64,000 nucleotides of DNA from Eledone cirrhosa (taxonomy: Eukaryota). A program made the position numbers and the translations under genes. The DNA is taken from positions 5,456,001-5,520,000 of the forward strand of contig OZ024750.1 in NCBI GenBank assembly GCA_964016885.1. Direction: 5' to 3'. The notes under the pieces are model-generated. The model ran no database searches. It saw only the letters and a program-made list of their open reading frames with translations, and had not been told where the DNA came from. Shown here one piece after another: positions 10,924-23,164 of the stretch. Positions within the stretch are counted from its first letter, which is position 1. Each line of letters starts with the position of its first letter.

Positions 10924-11169
10924 CACACACAATAGTTTTTAATCCCTTACAAATGTTTCAGATGAAATCATTTAAATGTTGTTTGAAAGTTAGTCCTTTT
11001 CGTTATCAAAAAAAAAAAAAAAAAATTAAATGAGTCTCAGATTGCATTCACTTTCTTCAAAGAATTACAAAAAAATATATCGCAATGATTAGTCACATAA
11101 ACCAATTTTTACCTTAAGCATAGTAGTATACAGTCCCGAAAATATAGTTTAATCCACTCCTTGTAGTGG

Positions 11170-11472
11170 AAACTGGCAACCATGTTTGGAGTCTGGTAAT
11201 CCTTTCAGAGTCAGAAAACCTTATTTAGAGTTTTGCAACATTGTTCACTATCTGGCAAATATATTCAGAAACTGGCCACGCTGTTCAGAATCTGGCTGCC
11301 CTGTTCACAGTCTGGCCACCTTGTTCAGAATCTAGCAACTTCGTTTAGAGTCTGGTACCACTGTTCAGAGTCTAGCAATTCTGTTCAGAATCTGGCTGCG
11401 ATGTTCACAGTCTGACCACCTTGTTCAGAGTCTAGTAATACTGTTCAGGTTCTGGCAACCATTTTCAGAACT
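11170..11472. repeat. Degenerate ~20-bp minisatellite (CTGTTCAGAATCTGGCAACC-like)
   Basis: About 14 imperfect tandem units. Confidence 0.8.
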
Positions 11473-12199
11473 TTGAACAGTTGTCAACATTCTAGATCAG
11501 ATTCAGAAAAAAAATATCTTTCCACTTTCCCTGCTAGAAAGTGTTGGTGTGTTTACAATTGTGTACCCTCTCTAATTCTAACTTCTCAACCATGAAATCA
11601 TCATGAGAATGGTAATTACTATATGTCAAATTAATTGCATTCCCTTATAGCACAAGAAGAAAGGCTGTAACAGAACCTGAACTCCATGATTTAACCAGAT
11701 ATCTATACAGCCATTGTACATCAAGATTCTAAGACCTATAGCTGTATGTATTATAGCTATAGCTGTATGTATTTTAATGTTGTAATGATAGTTATATGCC
11801 GTAAATACCCCCCCCCCCCCCACACACACACACTTCATAAACACACATATACACATATTTATTCATTATATTTATTTTCATCAGTTATTGTTTTCATGGT
11901 AGTAAAAGAAAACAAATATTTACTTTCTCATTAGCCATATTCTTGAAAATTTCCTCTGGTGACTAATGTGAGCCAGTTGGAATTGGTTAATTCCACCAGC
12001 CTTCTCTCATTATCCCTACTCAGCTTGAATCAAATAATTACTACCCAACACTTTATTGAAAATCAATGATAAATAATTCCATAGTAAAAAAGAAAAAAAA
12101 AAAAATTAAATTATGAAATTAAGGAGAAGGTGTGGAGGGGAAGATTCTATATTCTATATCACTGTCTAGGTGAAATATCTCGACTGAACCCCACCATGG

Positions 12200-12490
12200 A
12201 CAAGATGGCAAAAGCATTGTTGTAGAGAACAGCCAGCAATACCCGCTGCATCAGCTACTCCACCTCACAGGGCTCCTTCCTCAGGTGGGATGCACTCCTT
12301 CCAATTTCGCAGAGGAAAATATCAGTCCAGCCACTGAGGATACCAGAGATCATGACAGCAACTGGCATAAAGAGGAAGAGATGAGTCAGTCTTGGTCTCT
12401 GAATATTTTCTACTCCTGAAGGTTATGGGTGGCAGTGCCTGGGTCTCTAACTGAAATGCCAAGGTTGGAGCAGGGCCCAGGTTTGTACCC
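12200..12490 (-). pseudogene. Second, divergent CRE-clade RLE remnant
   Basis: The minus strand translates as FLFMPVAVMISGILSGWTDIFLCEIGRSASHLRKEPCEVE*LMQRVLLAVLYNNAFAILS, with the same architecture as 4430-4600 (P.AVET.G...EPR...QR.S.A..RGNA.AIL). Confidence 0.6.
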
Positions 12491-12799
12491 TTCACCATAT
12501 ACCCACATGTACAAATGTTTATATATAATCACATGTACCAACCATCATCATATACCCACATGTACCAGGCTTCACAATATGCCTATTTGTCATCATTTGT
12601 CATACACATGTATCAATTTTCATATGTCCACATGTGTCAGTTTTCCTATGTCCACTGGTGTCAACTTCCACCATATGTTCATCCACAGATAGATACTAAA
12701 TATTATCTCGCAGTTATCAACATTTAACCTTTTATAACCCATTTATATATATATATATATATATATACATGACCTTTTCACGTGTGTATATATATATAC

Positions 12800-12890
<91 letters not shown>

Positions 12891-13074
12891 TACATATATA
12901 TACACACACACACATGTGAAGTTTTCATTAACTAACACTTAGTGCCAAATCTTGCTATCTCATGATAGAATTGAATGACTTTCAAGCTAAGTTGTTGATG
13001 TAACCTGTAACTGCTTGCAGTAATAATTTACAAACACTTTCTCTTAAAGCAGATACAAATTTTCAGAACTAAGA

Positions 13075-13265
13075 GATCCCAGTGGAATGAAGTTGCAGTG
13101 GAGAAAGGCCAAGGAAGATTAGGCAGAGGTGGTGAGAGCTGATCCCAAATGGCTGAAGCTTACAGAGGGGATCATGAAGGAATGTAATGAGTGGAGGGAG
13201 GTGTTGGAAAAGATCCATTCAACCCATCCAAACATGGAAAAATGGCAATAAAAGGATAATAGTGA
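13075..13265 (+). mobile_element. Degraded RTE LINE 3' end
   Basis: GAGAAAGGCCAAGGAAGA...GCAGAGGTGGTGAGAGCTGAT is similar to 17385-17540. Confidence 0.65.
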
Positions 13266-13448
13266 TTGTGATCCAACTCATACTAAAATACAGGCTACAT
13301 ATCTAATAATTCTGGAAAGAAATTTATTCCAGGACTTTAAATATTTATTTCCCAATGGCAACACAAAATCTTTTCTTAATGTTTTATTTTATAACCTGTA
13401 CAGAACCTTAGAATAAATAGATATTTATTTTGGATTGAATGCCATAAT

Positions 13449-14049
13449 CTAATTAGCAGTGGAGGAGGTTGTCCCAAGAGCATAGTACGAGCTAGAATAA
13501 GAACAGGATAGAAAAAGTTCAGGGAGCTACTACTTCTGTTGACATCAAAAGGCTTCTCTCTACACACGGAAAGCTGGCTATATGATGCCTGTGTGTAATT
13601 TGTGCAATGTTGCATGGGAGTGAAACAAGGGCAGTGAATGCAGAAGGTATGTAATGAAGGCTGAAGAGAAATAAAGTGAGCCTGCTCTGATGGATGTGTT
13701 ATGTTAGTATGTGTGAACAACAAAACATGGATGAACTGAGAGAAAAGCTGGGTATAAGAGGAATTGGATGCAGTGTGCAAGAGAAGATTGTATTGGTATA
13801 GATATGTGATGCTTATGGATGATGATTTATTGGGTGAAGAAATACCAAAAAATGCCAATGAAAGAAAACTGTAGTAGAGGGAGACCAAGAAAGACCTGGG
13901 CAGAGGTGGTGACAGCTGATCACATCACTGAAGTTCCCAGGGATGACAAAGGACTGCAATGCATGGAGGGATACTGTGCTGGCAAAGACCCGTCCAACCC
14001 ATACATGCATACAAAAACAGATAGAGAACAGTGATGATGATGATGATGA
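13449..14049 (+). pseudogene. Degraded RTE LINE 3' portion with (GAT)n tail
   Basis: Colinear with 16965-17569; encodes RGRPRKTWAEVV. Contains multiple stops. Confidence 0.85.
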
Positions 14050-14270
14050 GGGCATTTCTAATGAAGCTCACTCTATTTCAATTAATTAATGAAGAATCTT
14101 TACTAAAATTATTCATTATTTCAGCCACTAAGATAGTAAATTAAGATATAGTTCCGATATAAAATTATGTTAGAAGATTTTACTTTAAATAGGAGTCTTT
14201 TAAAATGAGTAGTTTTGATTTATAGAACAAGAACTGTTTTTTTAGCTGAGTTGGTATCAAAAGGGTAAAT
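14050..14270. mobile_element. Degenerate MITE family D (TTAA/piggyBac-type)
   Basis: Ends TTGGTATCAAAAGGGT; the body resembles 30858-31113 and 53135-53363. Confidence 0.5.
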
Positions 14271-14603
14271 GTAATCATGGAATAGAATAAATAAAAATAA
14301 CATAAACAAATAGATTAGCTAAAGAAATATTTTATAGAGAATCTGAAGAACATAACTATGATCTTCTCTCTTTAAATGTGTGAGAAAATGTATTTAGTAA
14401 AATAATTCCAATTTCATTTGCTTGTATTTATCTCTAATTGGATTGAAGAGATAAACAAATTCCTCATTTGTTTTTGTTATTTAATTTCAATTTTATAAAA
14501 ATATATCAATAAAGTTTTAAAAGTTGACAATTTATAGATATTAATATCAATATTGAGATTAATAATAATAATAATAATAATAATAAGGGCAACAATGACA
14601 ATG

Positions 14604-14792
14604 CTTTCTTTATTAACCACAAGGGTTTACATAAAGTAGACATTCAGGACAATACAGGACGGTACAAAAGGGCATTTCTGCGTGTAAAAAAAACAAAAAC
14701 AGAGGATGTAACAAAAAAATAACAATGAAAAATTCCCCAATAGGGGGGAGACTTCCGAGGGACATTTGTGGAGAAAGCCCATTAAAAGGCCA
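14604..14792 (-). mobile_element. Second copy of the unclassified retroposon 3' end (see 6638-6890)
   Basis: TTTCTTTATTAACCACAAGGG...TTCCCCAATAG.GGGGAGACTTCC...AAAGCCCATTAAAA are shared with 6638-6890. Confidence 0.55.
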
Positions 14793-14898
14793 TATGACAA
14801 CAATAACAATAATAATTGTTGTTGTTGCTGTTGTTGTTCTTGATGTTGTTATCGTTCAATATATTAAAGGAATCATCTTCATTATTATTATTATTATT

Positions 14899-17569
14899 GT
14901 TAGAGACTTCAATGGTCATGTTGGACAGCTCCAGGATGGTTACACTGGGGTACATGGTGGGCATGGTTACGGTTCAAGAAATGAAGAAGGAGTGAGACTT
15001 CTTGAATTTTGTGATGCAAGTACATTGACTATTTGCAACACAAACTTCCAGAAACCTGCCAATCACCTAATAACCTACAAATCTGGTGAGCACATAAGCC
15101 AGATTGACTTCCTGCTAGTTAGGCAGCGGGACAGGCAGATAGTGTCTAATACCAAGGCATACCCTGGGGAAGAATGTACCCCACAGCATAGGTTAGTTGT
15201 TAGTGATATCTCAGTAAGCAAGAGATGGAATGAGCCATATAGGAAGGTGTGGAGAAGAAAGGTCTGGAAGCTAAAAGACCTTTCACTAAAATTCAAATTT
15301 AGGAAAGCCCTTCAAGATGTATATGACGAAAAAGAAGACGATTTAGAGACGTATGACATAGATAATAACTGGAAGTTCTTACGTGACAACTTGCTGAAGG
15401 CTACTGATGAAACCTGTGGCTGGAGCAGAGCTCCAACCAGACAGAGAGTGACCTGGTGGTGGAACAGCAGTGTAGATAAGGCTATTAGAGACAAAAGACT
15501 AGCATGGAAGGCTTGGAATAAGGGTGGGAGTAGGGAAGAATATACAGCCACTAAGAGAGAAGCTAGACGTCAGGTGTACTTAGCACGCAGGGAGGCAGAG
15601 AGTAGGAGGTTTGCCAATGTTCTGCAACGGGAAGATCAGAGGCGTGCGGTGTTCCACATTGCAAGGCAGTGTGTCAATGCAAATCAGGATGTTGTTGGTG
15701 ATAAATGTGTCCGGGATGATGCCGGTGTACTTAGTGTCACGAATGACCAGAAAAAAAAAAAAGGAGGCCTGGAAATGTCATTATGAGAGACTGATGAATG
15801 TGGAGAACGAATGGGAGAGAGAGAAATTACCCTTGGTAGATCCGACAGAGGGACCAGCTATTGAGATTGACGAATATAGGGTCCAAGAGGCGATTAGGGA
15901 AATGAAAAATGGTAAGGCGGCCGGACCATCGGGAATAGTTGCTGAGATGCTGAAGGCATCAGGGGACGTAGGCACTAAACTGGTTGCACGCATAATCAAT
16001 CAGGCTATATATGGTGGTGTCATACCCAAAGACTGGTGCAGCAGTATTCTCATAAATTGCTACAAAGGTAAAGGGGATGCTTTGGAGAGGAGCAATTATA
16101 GGGGTATAAAACTGATAGATCAGGTTATGAAAGTGGCAGAAAGGATTTTAGCACAACTAATTAGAGAAAGGGTCAAACTAGATGAGATGCAGTTTGGTTT
16201 TGTGCCTGGGAAGAGTACAACAGATGCCCTCTTCTTGGTGAGACAAATGCAAGAGAGGTTCTTAGAGAAGAATAAGCCACTATACTTGGCCTTTGTTGAC
16301 CTAGAGAAGGCCTTTGATAGGGTACCCCGATCTGTCATCTGGTGGTCCCTAAGGAAGCTGGGTGTTGAGGAATGGCTTGTAAGGACAGTGCAAACTTTGT
16401 ACAGAGGTACTCTCAGTAAAGTCAGGGTAGGAATGGAGTTTAGTGAGGAATTCCAGATACAAGTAGGAGTACATCAGGGTTCGGTCCTCAGCCCACTCTT
16501 GTTCATTATAGTCCTCCAAGCCATAACAGAGGAGTTTAAGACTGGCTGTCCATGGGAACTTCTCTATGCTGACGATCTGGCTCTTATGGCAGAATCAGTA
16601 GAGGAGCTAGAGAATAAATTCCGGCTATGGAAACAGCAGTTGGAAGCAAGAGGACTGAGAGTAAATCTAGCTAAGACAAAAGTGTTGATGAGTAGAAAAG
16701 AGGACAAAACCCTGATTCCGTCAGGGAAATGGCCATGTTCGATATGCAGAAAAGGAACTGGCATAAATTCTATAAAATGCACACAATGTAGGTCCTGGGT
16801 ACACAAGAGATGTAGCGGGATAGCAGGCAAACTAACAGGTAGGGAGAAATATGTATGCAGTAGATGTACAGGGAAATTAGACAGTAGAAGTCGCACTGAT
16901 AGACACATTTTTCAAATGCGAGAGGGCGCTATAGAAGTGGTGGATAGCTTCCGGTACCTAGGAGATCAGATTAGCATGGGAGGAGGGTGTTCCGAGGCCA
17001 TAGTATCTAGAATAAGGACGGGTTGGAAGAAGTTTAGGGAGCTGCTTCCTCTGTTGACGAAGAAGGGTTTCTCCCTGCGTACGAAAGGCCGGTTGTACGA
17101 TGCCTGTGTGAGGAGCGCGATGCTGCATGGTAGTGAGACATGGGCAGCTACCGCAGAAGATATGCGACGGCTGGAGAGAAATGAGGCAAGCATGCTCCGT
17201 TGGATGTGCAGTGTAAATGTGCGTGAACGACCCAGCATAAATGTGTTGAGAGAGAAACTGTGTCTGAGAGGGATAGAATGTAGTGTACGGGAGAGGAGAC
17301 TGAGGTGGTATGGACATGTGATGCGCATGGAGGATGACCGATGGGTGAAGAAGTGCCAGGAAATGCCAGTTGAAGGAAGACGTAGTAGAGGTAGACCACG
17401 AAAAACATGGGCGGAGGTGGTGAGAACAGACCTCAGATCATTGAAGCTCACAGTGGAGATGACGAGGGACCGTGACGAGTGGAGAGATGCTGTGCTGAAT
17501 AAGACCCGTCCCACCCTTGCAAGCAGGGAAAAGCGGACGTAAAATGATGATGATGATGATGATGATGAT
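14899..17569 (+). mobile_element. RTE-clade (BovB-like) LINE, 5'-truncated, young
   Basis: Begins at the APE motif DFNGHVG, followed by QIDFLL and QHRLVV. RT motifs: NYRGIKL, QFGF.PG, FVDLEKAFD, GVHQGSVLSPLLF, YADD, FRYLG. C-terminal RGRPRKTW. Stop at 17540-17542, then an (ATG)n tail. Confidence 0.95.
14902..17542 (+). pseudogene. APE endonuclease (partial) plus reverse transcriptase ORF, split by a +1 frameshift in an A12 run at 15751-15762
   Basis: ORFs 14725..15786 and 15611..17542 overlap at the A run. Removing one A joins DQKKK to KEAWKCHYERL with no other stop. Confidence 0.9.
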
Positions 17570-18269
17570 GTTGTTTTTCTGAAGAAACGACGACAACAAT
17601 AATAATAACAATAATGATGATTTCTTTAATATATTAAACAATAATAACAACAAAAACAACAACAGCGGCAACAACAACAACAACAACAACTACCCCAGCT
17701 ACACTGCAGACTTTACTGACATTTATTGATCAAAGGCTAACTTATGCAAAGAAATAATAAAAAAAGAATTGTAGATATAATAAATTTGATAGAAAAACCT
17801 TTCTTTGATAAAATTGTAACAGAAGTGAATCTGATTGGATTGCAATGTATAATAGAGTTTTCTCAGACACAAGCTCAAGGCATGACCACTCACACAAAAA
17901 AAAAAAAAAAAAAAAAAATGAATTCTTATATGTTGCTACAGATGAAATAATTTTACATTAGTTAAGTCTCTAATTGCTGTTGCTATCCAAAAATATAATT
18001 TTAATTTTAGAAATATTGACTCATTCATTTAAAAATAAAATGCTTTATCTTCATTAAATAGAGATTATTTTGAATAAATAGAGATTATCTTCATTAAACC
18101 AGTGGTGGTAGTGGTGGTGGTGGTGGGGCTTTAGAACTTCTAATATTTCCATTCTTACAATATTTGAAGTATCATCTTTATATGTTTATATTTCTCTGTT
18201 TAGATATTGTCTTCTCCACCACAGCATTTCATCACTTGTTACATAATCCTTTGCTATCTCCTCCACGAG

Positions 18270-18725
18270 GTTGATTGAGCCTTTCATTACTTCTTCCCAT
18301 AACTTCTTTCGTCTTCCTCTCCTTCATCTTCCTTCCACCTAAATTACTTCACTTTTCTTTACCCATCTGTCATCCTTTATATGCATCACATGTCTGTACC
18401 AGCTCAGTCTTCTCTCTTGCACACTAATTAGCTACACTAGTAACAGAAGTTAGTCTCTACTCTTAAGAGCCCTCAGAGCATCTAAAAGAATATATTTTAT
18501 GGGTGCACTTATAGCTAACTACTACACAACTGTTAAATATAGAGTCCTTCTCTGTTAGCCTGCCTATTATCCCATTACATTTCTTATACACCTATAATTT
18601 ACATTAGGCACATCATATGGTATTCCTACCTACTCCTTTTGTGTATATCACATATAGTCACTTTCTAGATGGAAGTAGAGCTTTGTCTTTCCTGCCAACT
18701 AAATCATCTGTTTTTACTAGATTTT
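18270..18725 (-). pseudogene. Degraded RTE LINE fragments
   Basis: Minus-strand similarity to 17290-17400 (CAAGAGAGAAGACTGAGCTGGTACAGACATGTGATGC) and to the 16660-16860 Zn-finger region. Confidence 0.6.
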
Positions 18726-19262
18726 ACTTCAAGATTTCTTGATTCTTAGTCATTGTTTCCTATGACCGGAATTCGTTCTCTAACTGACAGATTTAGCTCT
18801 GAGAACTAGGTTATTGTCAATAATAGTTCTCATGGACAGCTGGCCTTACACTCCTCTGTTATGACCTGTTATGTGTGGGTTGAGAATTAAGTCTTGGACA
18901 CATACTTACACACTAAATTCCAATACAGTTTTGATTTGTTTTTATATTTTAATGATGTCAAGAGAGGCAGTAACCAAGAATTTTGCAAGCCTCCTATCCC
19001 AGAACTGTACAAACCCACCTAAATATTATTCATGTACATATATATATATTATAACCCTGCTACAGATTACAATCTAAAAAAGAAACATTATTGTGAATGT
19101 CACCAGGTCAGATGCATGTCATCCAAATGTCTAACTTTAACAAAAGATTATTTCTTAGCAGAATGGTGTCACTTAAACTGTTTTTTACTCACATTTTCTC
19201 ACGTTCCAATTCAACTAGAGAAAATCAATGAAATTCTAAGGGAATCAATCAATAAATAATTA

Positions 19263-19430
19263 GAGTATATTTTTATATATCATATACATAGAGTATATAT
19301 CTATATATCAAACCCATAGCGTATATATCTATATATCATATCGATAGATTTGGAGTATATTTTTATATATCATACACATAGAGTATATATCTATATATCA
19401 AACCTATAGCGTATATATCTATATATCATA
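19263..19430. repeat. Tandem duplication of a ~90-bp AT-rich unit
   Basis: GAGTATATTTTTATATATCATA.ACATAGAGTATATATCTATATATCAAACC.ATAGCG occurs at 19263 and 19353. Confidence 0.8.
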
Positions 19431-19873
19431 CCCCCCCCCCCCCAACACTCATTAGTATAAAACTAATCTGAAAGATAAATCAAGTATAGATGTGATCATA
19501 ATTTAATATTTCAAAGGCCAAATAGATAAGAAGTGAAATACTTTATTCCTATATCTCTTCTGTAGCTGCTACTATAGTGTATACACATATACACACGCAT
19601 ATATATATATATAGAGAGAGAGATTGATATTTCAGGTCAACGACCTGAAACTTGCTTGCTTTTGTCAAACTATTTACAAAATAAGAAGCAACTTGATAGT
19701 GTGGATGAAACCAGTAAAGCAGTAATTTGGCAATCAATGCCAAATTTAAAGAAGCCTGATATACAAGTGGCTGGTTTAAACTTCTGACATCAAACAATCC
19801 CAAGAAAACAATCTTTTACTCTGAGGAAAAAAAAAAAGGAACCATAAAAAAAAAAAGTAAATAAACATCCCTC

Positions 19874-20171
19874 TTAACCCTTTAGCATTTAGATTGGCCA
19901 TATCCAGCCAGAACTCTCTCCCTTTCTGGTCAAACTGGCCATAAATGGCCACTCATAGTGATGTTAAGGTATTGTTCTCAAAATAAATAATATCGACATC
20001 TCATAGATTTGCTATTATGTGAGACAATTATGTGAGGTAAAGCCTTTACCATGAAAATACAATAGTATATCTAGAGTAAAGTAAATGTTACGTGAGATAT
20101 GATGTGAGGTAAAGCCTTTACTGTGAAAATACAATAGTATATATAGAGTAATGTAAATGCTAAAGGGTTAA
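19874..20171. mobile_element. piggyBac-type MITE family C with an internal duplication
   Basis: Both TIRs and both TTAA are present. The segment TGTGAGGTAAAGCCTTTAC...GTAAATG is duplicated. Confidence 0.8.
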
Positions 20172-21329
20172 GAACATCAAGGAGCACCATATTTCTAAAG
20201 AAAACTTATGATTTTCAATTGATTTTGAAAATATTTAACAATTTGGAGGAATTCAGTAATACAACTAATTTTCTCATTATTAAGTTGCTATTTGGAACAT
20301 AACTTAACAAAGGTTCTTGCACAAAGTTATGATAAAATATTTTTAGATAAATATAAACATTTTAACCATTTCATTACTTATTTCTAATGAAAGACATTCC
20401 TTATGGTTTTTAATTAATTTTGAAAATAATCAACAATTTGGAGGGATTCAGTAATATATTTAAGTTTCTCATTATTAAACTGCTTTTTTGGAACATAACT
20501 TAATAAAGGTTCATGCATAAAATATTGATGAAAGGCTTTTAGATAAACATACTGTATGGTTGGTGTTAGGAAGGACATCCAGCTATAAAAAACCCGAACC
20601 AAAATACAGTTCTATTTGAGCAAGGTATGGTGCAGCTAAATGGCCAGACTTGCTGTATAGCGTGAACGACCTGTTTGACCCCATGCAAGCACCGAAAATA
20701 AGATATTAAACAGTGATGATGATGATAATAATAATGATAATAAACAATTTAAAATAAACAGTTTAGTATCATAGAACCAGATGCAATTTCAGACTGTTTG
20801 ATATCAAAAGGGTTATTAAGTGTATTGCATAATAGGAGAATATCAGAGAACTTTATTAATAAATTATCGGATTATATTTATCTTTGATATATTATTTCAA
20901 ATAAAGAATAGAATGGCAAATGTTAATTTTTTACAAGAGCATAGCTATCAGAGATTTAAGCTCCAGACCTATTTCGATGTGATATAGATAGATAGTTTGG
21001 ATAAAAATAGTTTAAAGTTGTTTTTTCTGAGGCCTGAAAGCTAAAATTAATCAGCTGTTTTCTTGCATGTACACATCAATAAAATTGTATGTATTTCTCT
21101 CTCTCTCTCTCTGTCACACAACACACAGAAATATATAGAATATAATGGCATATATATAGATATATATACATACATATATGTTTGCATGTACTTATTATTA
21201 TTTACATACACTGATATATATATATATACATATACTTATATATATATACATATATATCACCATCATTGTTTAATGTTTATCTGCCACGCTAAAAAAAAGT
21301 CAAAAAGGAAAAACAACACAGGAAAACAA

Positions 21330-21805
21330 TACAACACAATGATTGCATATGAGGTCAGGTGACCAGTTCTTGCTTATACAGATCTGTGATTTTGACTTGG
21401 TTTCTGTGGCTGGATACCTTTCCTAATGTCAACCACATTAGTGTGGACAGGGTGCTTTTTAACATGGCACCGAAACAATCATCTAACAGGGTGGACTGGG
21501 TTCTTTTTTGCTGTGTCTCCAGCAGGACCACCCACAGAGTGGACTGGGTGATTTTTTGCTATGTAACCAACACGACCACCTACAGGGTGGACTTGGTGCT
21601 TTTTTTATGTCACCAGCACAACCATCTACAGGGTGGACTGGGTTTTGTGTTGCCATGTCACCAGCACCACCACAAGGGTGGACTGGGTGCTTTTCTCGTG
21701 TCACCAGCACCACCACAACCATCTACAGGGTGGACTGGGTGCTTTTATCATCTCACCAACTTTACCGCCTCACAGGTATGATGGACTTGGTGCTTTGTAG
21801 CACCA
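21330..21805 (-). repeat. SINE family A remnant whose internal ~40-bp unit has expanded into a minisatellite
   Basis: About 8 units of ACAGGGTGGACTGGGTGCTTTTT..TGTCACCAGCAC follow TGGATACCTTTCCTAATGTCAACC. Confidence 0.75.
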
Positions 21806-21929
21806 GATAACTATACGTTTTTTTTTTTTTTTGAGTGGTTTGGCAGAAGAGGGGGCGGAAGTATGCAAGTTTGACATGGGTGAGGTGCATGGGTTATTTA
21901 GCTGGTGAGCGGTGGGGAGGGAAAAACCT

Positions 21930-22320
21930 TTTGTAGCTAGCAACTCCCTGAACTTTTTCCACCCTGTTCTCACTCTGGCTACTATACTTTCAGAACACCC
22001 TCAGTCACTGTTAATTTAGTCACCCAGGTAACAGAAACTATCAACTACTTCTATAGAACCCTCTGAGCATTTAAAGGGCCTTGTTTCCTGTGAGATTTTG
22101 CTACTTACTGTACCTGTGCATCAACCACATACAAAACCTATGTTCTTTGTAGGCTTGCCTGAGATCCCACTACATCTATTGTATACCCATATTCTGCATT
22201 TGGGACATAGGGTGGAATTTCTACCTACTTCTTTCCTGTACATCCAGCAAGGTCCTTCCCCTGCAGGGATTCAGGCCCTATTCTCCTTACCACTCACTAG
22301 GACTTTACATTTTTGACTTA
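21930..22320 (-). pseudogene. Degraded RTE LINE RT and Zn-finger fragment
   Basis: Encodes RTGWKKFRELL. The Cys pattern is colinear with 16720-16870. Confidence 0.75.
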
Positions 22321-22338
22321 CTATGACTTGGATGTTAA

Positions 22339-22780
22339 ATGATGATGATGATGATGATGGCATACAAACACACACACACACACAGACACCTGCACATACA
22401 TGCAAGCACACACATATGCAAGCACACTGAAGCACACACACAAGCACACATACACACACACATAAACACACACACACATAAATATACACACACTCAAGCA
22501 TACACACATTCAAGCACACACACACACACAAGCAAGCACATGCAAACACACACATACATGCACACACAAAAGAAATGTTGTTAAATAAAATGATTCAGGC
22601 AGTATGTAGCAATCATTTTAAGATGGAAGTGTCTGATCTTTTTAAAATACAATACAAGGAGGTGGTGGTGGTAATGATGGAGATGGTAGTGATGGAGGTG
22701 GTGGTGGTAGTGATGGAGATGGTGGTGGTGGTAGTGATGGAGATGATGGTGGTGGTGGTGGTGCAGGTGGTGGTGGTAGA
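22339..22780. repeat. (GAT)n, (CA)n-like and (GGT)n microsatellites
   Basis: Seen directly. Confidence 0.9.
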
Positions 22781-23164
22781 CAAGAAATGGCTTCCAGTCA
22801 GAAGAATTGTTTAACACACTATACATCCGATTGCTATGATTTTATAGAAGAGTGGGCTGTAAGGGGAGATAAGACAAGAGATGAAAGAGTTAATGAGGGT
22901 CAATTGGGGGTGGTGGTGGTGATTTATAGTCACATGTGTGTGTGTGTGTGTGTGTGTGAATATAGTAATAATATATATGAAGACCAAAATCCGAAGATTT
23001 GTATCCGAGGATTGTAAATATATATAATAAAAAAGTATATATAAAGTATATATATAAACTTTAATCTGTACTAATAATATATATATATATATATATATGA
23101 TGATGATGATGATATACATACAACCATGTATGGGTATATTATTTATATATATATAGGAAAAAAA

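Noticed and set aside
14725-14898. Hydrophobic N-terminal extension of the 353-aa ORF that looks like a signal or TM segment
   Set aside because: It derives from (AAT)/(GTT)/(ATT) repeats and an unrelated repeat upstream of the LINE truncation point.
16120-17514. Antisense ORFs of 72-182 aa over the LINE
   Set aside because: Shadow frames of the RT coding strand with no recognisable motifs.
19630-19650. Small hairpin TTTCAGGTC-AAC-GACCTGAAA
   Set aside because: A 9-bp stem with a single occurrence; insufficient to assign a function.
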